Assembly (NCBI GenBank): GCA_964485575.1
Contig: CAZAJO010000010.1
Location: 450-64,449 of the forward strand
DNA from: an uncultured Gammaproteobacteria bacterium
GTDB lineage: Bacteria; Patescibacteriota; Microgenomatia; Levybacterales; GWA1-39-11
DNA: 64,000 bases
Direction: 5' to 3'
Below the pieces are notes generated by a model. That model did no database searches, was not told where the DNA came from, and was given only the letters and a program-made list of their open reading frames with translations. Shown here piece by piece: positions 56,939-64,000 of this stretch. The translations under genes were made by a program, and so were the position numbers. How positions within the stretch are numbered: position 1 is the stretch's first letter; every line of letters begins with the position of its first letter.

Positions 56939-58663
56939 TTACCAACTTCCTCCCCCGCCTCCCCCGCCTCCACCACCTGAGGAACCACCAGAAAATCCTG
57001 ATCCTGATGAGGAGGGTGGGGTTGCAGATGTCGCAAAACTGCTATATGAATGAGACATACTTGATGCAAAAAGCACAGAATTGAAATGGGTTGAGGATAT
57101 CCCTTCATACCAATCAGGATTTTTTAGATCAAATGCTTCAAACCGCTTTGCCCACTGTTTTTCAACTCCGAATGCCATAGCATATGGCAATAATTTTTCA
57201 AATAACATCTGTTTTTCTCCCTGAAAATTAAGTTGACGTTCTTGAGAAGAGAGGAAGTTTTTTAATCCTTCGGCCTGCTTTGCAGTTTGAGCACCCAAGA
57301 GTGTTTTTCTTGGCATGACTCTTCCAAATACGAAAGCGATAAATGCCATAATGAAATTAAAAGTAAAAAGACCCATGCTTCCGAGTGCATAATATTTCAT
57401 GCGTTTCGTATTTGGGTTTTCGGTAAAATACCCATGCTTGACTAAAAGCGAGTAAAGTTTTTTTTGGACGGCAGCAGTTGTTGTATAAAGTTTTATTGTT
57501 TTCAATTCGACATCGTCTCCATCTTCAAATAAGCCGCTGTATAGCGTTTGTTCGAATGGTAAAAGTGAATCTTTTTTCTTTGGAACATCTTTTATAAGGT
57601 GAAACTCTTTATTTTTAGGTTCTGTAATCTTTAGGTGACCTCGCCGGGCCAAATCAACAATAGTAGAGAAGATATCACGATTGTTGACGGTCTCATCAAT
57701 CAAAGCTCCAGTTTCTGCGGGTGTTAGGAACCGTTTTCCTACTTTTGGCGGGTCAAATGTTGCCCTGACAGCAATGCCAACTTCAGGATCTCGGCCTTTT
57801 CTATACCACATTATGATCAGATATACCGGTAGAACGATATACCAAAGAAAAATCCCGATAATAATTCCAACAAGTGTAACTTTACCATACCATCTGTCAA
57901 AGAACGGTACAAATACTTCTGGTTTTAACACCTCAACAATTCCTTTTGGAAAACTTTCTGCAAAAGTTAGACCTTCTGATGAATTGAGAAAGAGAGTTGT
58001 AGTAAAAGTGGTAGTTGTGCCATCAGTTGTACCGGTGCAATTTTGTTTTGTTGACCCGTAGGGGCCTGTATAACATAGAAGTTTGATTTGTTCAGGGGAT
58101 AAGACTTTTGGAAGGGTAATTGAGGCTGTAGCTTTTTTAATAGGCACATCCCATCCATTTCCTGTAACATTCCAATACAACTCGTCATGATCAGAAAAGT
58201 ATCCTAACTCACCACGCGCTACATACGAGATAACATATGTATGTTCTCCTTCGATAGTACGGTTTGGATCTCCTATCTTAAGAACCCACTGTTCACCGCT
58301 TTTTGAAGTCTTTGATTTGTATTTTTTACCATTTTCATCAGTTACCGTATCGAATTTAAAGGAAACATCATATCTTTTTCCATTATCATATTTTGTGAAT
58401 GGGATGTTTCTGAATATCCCATGTCTTGGATAATCAAAAAAGTATTTAATAGTTTCCTTAACAGCTATCGAACCATCTTTTGCAATGACGATATCTGAAT
58501 GGAAATCCTCAACACGCTCCCCAGTAACACTATTGTTAATAGCCTCCATTGTTTGTTGTTCAAGGTCAGACTGGGAGTTGATTTCAACAGCATTTACGCG
58601 AACTACAAAAATAAAACTTAAAACCGCAACAAACAAGGATGTGAGTAAAATTTTAAACTTCAT
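56939..58663 (-). CDS. DUF2207-like membrane protein with a Gly-rich C-terminal tail
   Basis: 574 aa. Signal peptide, large extracytoplasmic domain, 2-3 TM helices, and a C-terminal ...SSGSGFSGGSSGGGGGGGGGGSW tail typical of DUF2207 proteins. Confidence 0.6.
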   Translation of the reverse strand: MKFKILLTSLFVAVLSFIFVVRVNAVEINSQSDLEQQTMEAINNSVTGERVEDFHSDIVIAKDGSIAVKETIKYFFDYPRHGIFRNIPFTKYDNGKRYDVSFKFDTVTDENGKKYKSKTSKSGEQWVLKIGDPNRTIEGEHTYVISYVARGELGYFSDHDELYWNVTGNGWDVPIKKATASITLPKVLSPEQIKLLCYTGPYGSTKQNCTGTTDGTTTTFTTTLFLNSSEGLTFAESFPKGIVEVLKPEVFVPFFDRWYGKVTLVGIIIGIFLWYIVLPVYLIIMWYRKGRDPEVGIAVRATFDPPKVGKRFLTPAETGALIDETVNNRDIFSTIVDLARRGHLKITEPKNKEFHLIKDVPKKKDSLLPFEQTLYSGLFEDGDDVELKTIKLYTTTAAVQKKLYSLLVKHGYFTENPNTKRMKYYALGSMGLFTFNFIMAFIAFVFGRVMPRKTLLGAQTAKQAEGLKNFLSSQERQLNFQGEKQMLFEKLLPYAMAFGVEKQWAKRFEAFDLKNPDWYEGISSTHFNSVLFASSMSHSYSSFATSATPPSSSGSGFSGGSSGGGGGGGGGGSW

Positions 58664-58958
58664 AAAAATATTTTGATAAATCTAAGTGTGTTTCGTCTTT
58701 GAATTTTACACCCTCGCGCTCTAGCCTTTTTCGTTGTTCGCCTATTCCTCCAAATGCAAAACCGGGGGCAATCCTTCCATCCCGATTAACAACTCGGTGA
58801 CAAGGAACCTCTCCCTCATAAGGATTTAAATGAAGAGCGGTGCCAACGGTTCTTGGAGACATATGTAGTTTTTTACCAATAGCACCATACGTTGTTACTT
58901 TTCCTTTTGGGATTTTACTTACTAACTCGTAAACTTTTTCTCGGTAGTCTTTAATCAT
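58653..58958 (-). CDS. ogt: Methylated-DNA--protein-cysteine methyltransferase family protein (DNA-binding/active-site domain only)
   Basis: 101 aa. Active-site VPCHRVV motif. Confidence 0.8.
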   Translation of the reverse strand: MIKDYREKVYELVSKIPKGKVTTYGAIGKKLHMSPRTVGTALHLNPYEGEVPCHRVVNRDGRIAPGFAFGGIGEQRKRLEREGVKFKDETHLDLSKYFYEV

Positions 58959-59042
58959 CTGAGTGCAATATACCTTTTTTATTACGTAAAATCAAAGTCG
59001 GGTATGAATAGTTCTACGCGATTTGCAACTTTTCTTTGCAAA

Positions 59043-59609
59043 TCAGCGTGAGACTATTACATACGACGAAACGTAGCCTATTACAATATACCGTAATAGT
59101 CTTCCGGCGAATGTAAGTATCAAAAAGCGTTTTATGGGATATTTTGAGATCCCAGCAACCATTCCAATACCATCAAAGAGGGGGTTTGGGAAGAAAGCAA
59201 AGGCCAAAATTACCATTCCTCCCCATCTATCAAATACTTTCTTTTTAAATTTTTTAAGTACCTTATGCTTATCAAGATTAAAAGCTTTTCTTGATGTGTA
59301 TCCAAAAAGAAATGTTGTCCCCTCACCAATGGCACCACCCAAAGCTGCAACAAAAGCAACTAAAAGTGGATTTGTCGTTGTTGCTGAAATTCCTACCGAT
59401 AAGAAAGCAGGTGTTGGCAGAAATATAGTAGCGCTCCCGATAAGATTGAGCATAAATACACCAACAAGTCCCAATGACCTAAATTCTTTGTGATTTATCT
59501 GATAAAAAATTGGAAGAAAAAGAACGATGCCAAGCACAAATAGGAGGAGAAAGTACAACTTTCTATGATGACGTTGATTTCGGCGGAGGCGGGCAAGTAT
59601 AGGCTTCAT
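59043..59609 (-). CDS. DedA/TVP38 (VTT domain) family membrane protein
   Basis: 188 aa, multi-TM, with family-like GxxxG/FxxR patterns. Confidence 0.6.
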   Translation of the reverse strand: MKPILARLRRNQRHHRKLYFLLLFVLGIVLFLPIFYQINHKEFRSLGLVGVFMLNLIGSATIFLPTPAFLSVGISATTTNPLLVAFVAALGGAIGEGTTFLFGYTSRKAFNLDKHKVLKKFKKKVFDRWGGMVILAFAFFPNPLFDGIGMVAGISKYPIKRFLILTFAGRLLRYIVIGYVSSYVIVSR

Positions 59610-59610
59610 G

Positions 59611-59871
59611 TCATTTCTTTTCGTCTTTTAATTGCTTAAGCTTCCACATAAAAAGTGCCCCTTTTCTGTCAACTTTTGCATCTTTGCAGTAGGAAAGAGC
59701 TTTTTCAAGGATTGAGCGGTGGACTGTCTTTGCCAATTTGATATAAAGAGCCTTATGTTTGTAGTCGTTCAATTCTTCTGAAAGATATATTCCATAGTTC
59801 TGAAATTCGCGTGAGATATATTTGTCTTCTGTCGGGTTAAATTTTTTTAAAATGTCTGAGATTTGGTCCAT
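59611..59871 (-). CDS. Hypothetical small protein
   Basis: 86 aa, charged, no motif recognised. Its stop lies 2 nt from the dedA-like start. Confidence 0.35.
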   Translation of the reverse strand: MDQISDILKKFNPTEDKYISREFQNYGIYLSEELNDYKHKALYIKLAKTVHRSILEKALSYCKDAKVDRKGALFMWKLKQLKDEKK

Positions 59872-59908
59872 TTTGTAGTTTTATTGTATCAGACATTATG
59901 CTACGATA

Positions 59909-60607
59909 GTGCATGTTTTACTTATGAAATACCCCGTTAACTTTGAAATGGAACTGAAGAAAAACACCCTTGGTGGGCTCTATATTGCTTTCGAGGGAAT
60001 TGACGGGTGTGGAAAGACGACGCAGGTAGAAAGAGTTGCCCAACATTTTAGAGATCAAGGGCGTGAAGTTGTGACAACCCGGGAGCCGAGGAAAGAAGGA
60101 CTGCTTGGAGATGTCATACATAAAGTACTTCTTGGCAATGAAAAACTTCCCACTGCTGCAATTCAATACTTATTTACAGCAGATAGGGTAGCAAATCATC
60201 ATAGTACCGTGCTTCCGGCTCTTGAGAGAGGTGCTGTTGTAGTTACTGATAGATGTCTTTGGTCTGCTGTTGTTTACGGGATATTAGATAGAACAGGAGG
60301 ATTATATGACAAGAGTGATGCCGACGTGATCTTGATATCACAGGGAATACTTTCCATGTACCACCAATTCATTGTTCCAGACTATACATTTTATCTCAAA
60401 GTCTCGGTTGATGAGTCGATGAGACGACTGAGAGCCAAAGACGATACGAAAGAAATCTATGAAGAGGAGTCAAACATCGAAAAGCTATACACGGGATATA
60501 ATTACCTCAAAGAGAGATTTCCTGAAGAGTTAAACGTGATTGATGGCGAAATGAGTATTGAAAAAGTTACAGAAAATATTATAAATATAATCTCACAAAA
60601 GAAATGA
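59909..60607 (+). CDS. tmk: Thymidylate kinase
   Basis: 232 aa. P-loop AFEGIDGCGKTTQ and DR(Y/C) motif (TDRCLWS). Confidence 0.85.
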   Translation: MHVLLMKYPVNFEMELKKNTLGGLYIAFEGIDGCGKTTQVERVAQHFRDQGREVVTTREPRKEGLLGDVIHKVLLGNEKLPTAAIQYLFTADRVANHHSTVLPALERGAVVVTDRCLWSAVVYGILDRTGGLYDKSDADVILISQGILSMYHQFIVPDYTFYLKVSVDESMRRLRAKDDTKEIYEEESNIEKLYTGYNYLKERFPEELNVIDGEMSIEKVTENIINIISQKK

Positions 60608-60659
60608 TTTTATGACCTTCCATTTTTAGAAACTAGGAAGGGCAAGTAAACTAACAAAC

Positions 60660-61199
60660 ATGATACTTGGACCAAAGATACTACTTGAACTTGTAAAAAA
60701 ACAAAAGCTAGTTGAAAATCTAGCCGATCGGGAGCTGAATAACCCCGAAGGTGCTGGATTTGACCTCAGACTTGGTAAAGTATTCAAGCTGAAAGGAAAT
60801 TCCTTTCTAGGGATAGAGGATAGAAAAACCCCTGATGCAATTCTTGTCAAAGAATTTGATCCAAATAAAAAAAGCTCACTAATTATAAAACCTGGTGAAA
60901 TATATCTTACGGAAACTTATGAGAAATTTAATATGCCAATAGATTTAGTAGGAATCCTGAAGCCAAGAACAACGCTTCAAAGATCTGGTATTATTGCGAG
61001 AATGGCAATTGTCGACCCTGGGTACAGTGGGACTGTTCATCCGTTGCTATATAACGCTGGCCCAGCAACGGTAGAGATTGAGCTTGGGGCACGATATATC
61101 TTTGCAATGTTTATGGAAATTAAAGGAAAAGGAAGTAAATATAGAGGTCAATGGCAAGGCGGGCGAGTAGCCGCAACAAAAAAAGAAAGGCAGGTATAA
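60660..61199 (+). CDS. dcd: dCTP deaminase family protein (dUTPase superfamily)
   Basis: 179 aa with dUTPase-like beta-barrel motifs (IVDPGYSG..). Confidence 0.7.
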   Translation: MILGPKILLELVKKQKLVENLADRELNNPEGAGFDLRLGKVFKLKGNSFLGIEDRKTPDAILVKEFDPNKKSSLIIKPGEIYLTETYEKFNMPIDLVGILKPRTTLQRSGIIARMAIVDPGYSGTVHPLLYNAGPATVEIELGARYIFAMFMEIKGKGSKYRGQWQGGRVAATKKERQV

Positions 61200-61202
61200 C
61201 AG

Positions 61203-61805
61203 TTGGCAAAAAGAGATATTGAGTTTCTTTATGAGATAGGTGCGCTTCGTTTTGTCCAACGTACGTGGAGACAATTCTTCAGAGAGGATGTAGCAAATAA
61301 TTCAGAGCATATGTTTCGAGTCATGTGGACTGCTTTGGCTATTTCAAAGGCAGAAAAAGTTAAGAACGAGGAAAAAATTCTTAAAATGGCGCTCGTTCAC
61401 GACATAGGAGAGAGTAGGTGCCCCGACAGTAACTATCTCTCAAAGAATTACAGCACTCGGGATGAGGATAAGGCTTTAAACGATATGCTTGTTTCAACTG
61501 AGTTTGAAAAAGAATTCGTAGAACTTTTCAATGAATACCATGCCAGAAAGTCAATCGAGGCTAAAATAGTAAAAGACGCCGACAATCTAGATGTTGATTT
61601 TGAAATTGTCGAGCATGCCGCTAATGGTAGCACTCTTATTAAAAATTGGAAAAGTAAGCGTGCTTTAGTCTACAAAGAACTGTTTACTTCTACAGCAAAG
61701 AAAATGTGGAAAGAAATATACAACTCAGACCCTAACGCGTGGCATGTAAAGGGACATGAGAAATACTATAAATTGAAAAAAAACAAAAATGAAAAACAGA
61801 TTTAG
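61203..61805 (+). CDS. HD domain phosphohydrolase (YfbR-like 5'-deoxynucleotidase candidate)
   Basis: 200 aa. H...HD motif (LVHDIGESR) and a downstream D. Confidence 0.7.
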   Translation: MAKRDIEFLYEIGALRFVQRTWRQFFREDVANNSEHMFRVMWTALAISKAEKVKNEEKILKMALVHDIGESRCPDSNYLSKNYSTRDEDKALNDMLVSTEFEKEFVELFNEYHARKSIEAKIVKDADNLDVDFEIVEHAANGSTLIKNWKSKRALVYKELFTSTAKKMWKEIYNSDPNAWHVKGHEKYYKLKKNKNEKQI

Positions 61806-61840
61806 CTTGAATTCCTAGTCCACATTGTTATAATGCACCT

Positions 61841-62722
61841 ATGGCAGCACCAGAAAGACCAAACAACGAAGTAATTGGACATTTTACCCTAACAGTTCCG
61901 ACAAAACCTCTTGAGGGCGATTATGTTGGTCCCCGTTCTGCATTATTTGTCGCAACAGAGCATTTGGCGGACGTTGGATTCGTTCAATCAGAAATAAATG
62001 ATGTAGTTGTTGTTACAAAAGATGTTGCAGGACTATTGGATTCAGTGACTGAAAATAGGCGTTTCCGGTGGCGTGGAAAGCCAACCGAGTTAGATGGAGG
62101 ACTTGAAACCGACTACAATGCTCAGCAAATAATCGTATATTCATTTGTCACAAGTGGGGATAGTGTTCTCTTTTACGAAAGACCCCATTCTTCAGACTCT
62201 CGTCTTGCAGGAAAAGCCTCTATGGGTTTTGGTGGGCACACAGAAACAACCGACAGAACAGATGTAGCACAGTTTGGAGTAGAACCAAGCGATGATAGAG
62301 AGTTTACTTCTCATGGAGTAGAGGATGGGTCATTAAGTAAAGGAATCCATCGTGAGATTGAAGAGGAGCTGAGTATTTCGTCAGATAAAGTAGACATAAA
62401 GTTAGCAGGTGCTTTTAGAGAGATTCACCCTCAAGAAAGCTTACAAGACAGAACAAAACTACCGGTTGGAACAGTGCATACCTGTATCATTGCTGTTGCT
62501 GATCTCTCCCCCGATGTAGCTGAAATTACATTACAAGCAGAAGAAGTAGGATCAGCAAAATGGGTAAAAATAACAGATATACAAAATGTCTTAAGTAATT
62601 ATGAGGCTTCAGGAGTTATAGTTGAGCCTTGGACAAAAATTGGAACGAGCGAATTCGCAGATGTGTTAGGAGATCTTGCAAAAAGAGAGCCCCAAAAACT
62701 TCCTGAGATAAAAATAAATTAG
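61841..62722 (+). CDS. Hypothetical protein embedded in the nucleotide-metabolism cluster
   Basis: 293 aa, acidic, somewhat higher GC than its neighbours. No confident motif. Confidence 0.4.
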   Translation: MAAPERPNNEVIGHFTLTVPTKPLEGDYVGPRSALFVATEHLADVGFVQSEINDVVVVTKDVAGLLDSVTENRRFRWRGKPTELDGGLETDYNAQQIIVYSFVTSGDSVLFYERPHSSDSRLAGKASMGFGGHTETTDRTDVAQFGVEPSDDREFTSHGVEDGSLSKGIHREIEEELSISSDKVDIKLAGAFREIHPQESLQDRTKLPVGTVHTCIIAVADLSPDVAEITLQAEEVGSAKWVKITDIQNVLSNYEASGVIVEPWTKIGTSEFADVLGDLAKREPQKLPEIKIN

Positions 62723-62764
62723 TGTTGACAGCGCGCTTCTACCGACGTATATTTAGATAATTCT

Positions 62765-63742
62765 ATGGCAGAAAAGCACGGTGAATATCAGTACCTCGAT
62801 TTATTAAAAGAAATTCTCAAGAATGGTGAACGGAAAGTTGACCGCGGAACAGACATTGTTCTTTACAGCCTATTCGGTCGACAAACACGATACGATCTCT
62901 CAAAAGGACTTCCAGTTCTGACTACAAAAAAAGTGTATTGGAAAGGGGTTTTGGAGGAGTTGTATTGGTTCATGTCTGGCCAAACAAATATCAAATACTT
63001 GGTCGAAAAAAACGTCAATATCTGGACAGATTATCCATTCAAGATCTATCAAGGGAAGATGGAGAAGGCAAAAAAACCAGCCCTTTCCAAAGAAGAATTT
63101 ACCGAAAAGATAAAAACAAATACTGCTTTTGCAAAGAAGTGGGGGGAATTGCCTCGTATTTATGGAGAGATGTGGAGGGCATGGCCAACGCGAAAAAAAG
63201 GTAGAACGATTGATCAACTAAAATGGGTCATGCAAGAAATGAAAGATGACCCGGATGCCAAGAATTTGATAGTAAATTCGTGGAATCCTGAGTATCTGTA
63301 TACGATGGCGACCAACGAGGATGCTTCAAGATTTCCTATTTGTCACAATATGTTTCAGGTAAGCCGTCGTGGCGACAAATTATCCCTACATCTATATCAG
63401 CGTAGTGCCGACATTTTCCTGGGAGTCCCATTCAATATTGCCTCTTATGCGCTTTTGACTATGGTTTTGGCTCATGTTGCAGGTCTAAAACCGGGTGAAT
63501 TCGTACACACTTTCGGAGACGTTCACATATATGAAAATCATTTGTCGCAAGTAAAAGAACAACTGAAAAGAAAGCCAAAAGCATTTCCGACAATCAAATT
63601 TACGAAAAATTTCAAAAGTATTGATGATTTTCGCCCTGAATATGTAGAACTTGTGAATTACGATCCACACCCAATGCTCAAGGCTGAGCTTACAATTGCT
63701 GGCGGTCTCTATGACAAGAAGACCGGGAAAATGGCAAAGTAA
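62765..63742 (+). CDS. thyA: Thymidylate synthase (ThyA, with insertion)
   Basis: 325 aa. LHLYQRSADIFLGVPFNIASYALLTMV (active-site region) and the catalytic Cys (PICHNMFQV). Confidence 0.88.
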   Translation: MAEKHGEYQYLDLLKEILKNGERKVDRGTDIVLYSLFGRQTRYDLSKGLPVLTTKKVYWKGVLEELYWFMSGQTNIKYLVEKNVNIWTDYPFKIYQGKMEKAKKPALSKEEFTEKIKTNTAFAKKWGELPRIYGEMWRAWPTRKKGRTIDQLKWVMQEMKDDPDAKNLIVNSWNPEYLYTMATNEDASRFPICHNMFQVSRRGDKLSLHLYQRSADIFLGVPFNIASYALLTMVLAHVAGLKPGEFVHTFGDVHIYENHLSQVKEQLKRKPKAFPTIKFTKNFKSIDDFRPEYVELVNYDPHPMLKAELTIAGGLYDKKTGKMAK

Positions 63743-63768
63743 CTTTTCCTCTGATACAATTTCCCCAT

Positions 63769-64000
63769 ATGTCAGAAAGAATTCATACAGTTGGAGTCGT
63801 TGCTATAAAAGACGAATCAGCTCTTCTTGTGTTGCATGGAGAATCAGCACAGCACCTGACAGGTGTTTGGGGTCTTCCTGGGGGAAGACTGGATCCTGAC
63901 GAAAGTCTTTTGAATGCTGCAGCTCGGGAATTCTGGGAAGAAACGGGTCTTACCCCCGATAAAGAGACAATGGTGCAGTTGCCAACTGTATATCAGGGTG
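63769..64000 (+). CDS. NUDIX hydrolase (N-terminal part; continues past the window end)
   Basis: MSERIHTVGVVAIKD... with Nudix box GGRLDPDESLLNAAAREFWEETGL. Confidence 0.75.
   Translation, partial: MSERIHTVGVVAIKDESALLVLHGESAQHLTGVWGLPGGRLDPDESLLNAAAREFWEETGLTPDKETMVQLPTVYQG

Noticed and set aside
59016-59044. Inverted repeat GATTTGCAA-cttttct-TTGCAAATC at the 3' end of the DedA-like gene
   Set aside because: It overlaps or abuts the stop codon and lacks a U-tract on the coding (minus) strand. It could be a weak terminator or operator but is not distinctive enough to report as a feature.
1-64000. CRISPR arrays, rRNA genes, transposases/IS elements, prophage structural genes
   Set aside because: Scanning intergenic regions and ORF translations showed no regularly spaced direct repeats, no rRNA-like conserved blocks, and no DDE or HUH transposase or capsid/terminase-like proteins. 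The only recombinase is the XerC/D-like gene.

Overview
This is a low-GC (about 38-40%) bacterial window with short genes and little intergenic space. Gene content and style are consistent with a Candidate Phyla Radiation (Patescibacteria)-type genome, though that placement is inference. It carries housekeeping clusters: rpoD(partial)-dnaG on the minus strand; rpmH-rnpA-yidC-jag (rpmH is under 60 aa and missing from the ORF track); a cell-envelope block with two class A penicillin-binding proteins, an O-antigen-ligase-like protein, a Wzx-like flippase, a large DUF4012-like membrane protein, murI-murD, glmS and a GT4 glycosyltransferase; translation genes valS, trpS and rplY; ftsH with yidD and acylphosphatase; repair genes recF, fpg, a 5'-3' exonuclease, an ATP-dependent DNA ligase and MGMT; nucleotide metabolism genes tmk, dcd, an HD-domain protein, thyA, a Nudix protein and an archaeal-type pyrH; pentose-phosphate genes rpe, rpiB and a PfkB kinase, plus gap. 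A five-gene tRNA cluster (Arg, Ser, Arg, Ser, Met) sits just downstream of a XerC/D-like tyrosine recombinase. I see no rRNA genes, no CRISPR array and no recognisable transposase.

The most unusual features are:
- Two single-gene islands of sharply elevated GC (about 5.65-7.02 kb and 42.7-44.45 kb), each encoding a signal-anchored low-complexity surface protein with a GTG start and a strong SD. A third, milder GC-elevated 450-bp segment lies at 47.86-48.32 kb.
- Short duplications of tRNA ends lie about 40-70 nt from three tRNA genes.
- A non-canonical CAU-anticodon tRNA-like gene on the minus strand with a near-consensus promoter.
- An FtsK/VirD4-superfamily ATPase beside ftsH.
- A Fic protein next to an ATP-dependent DNA ligase.
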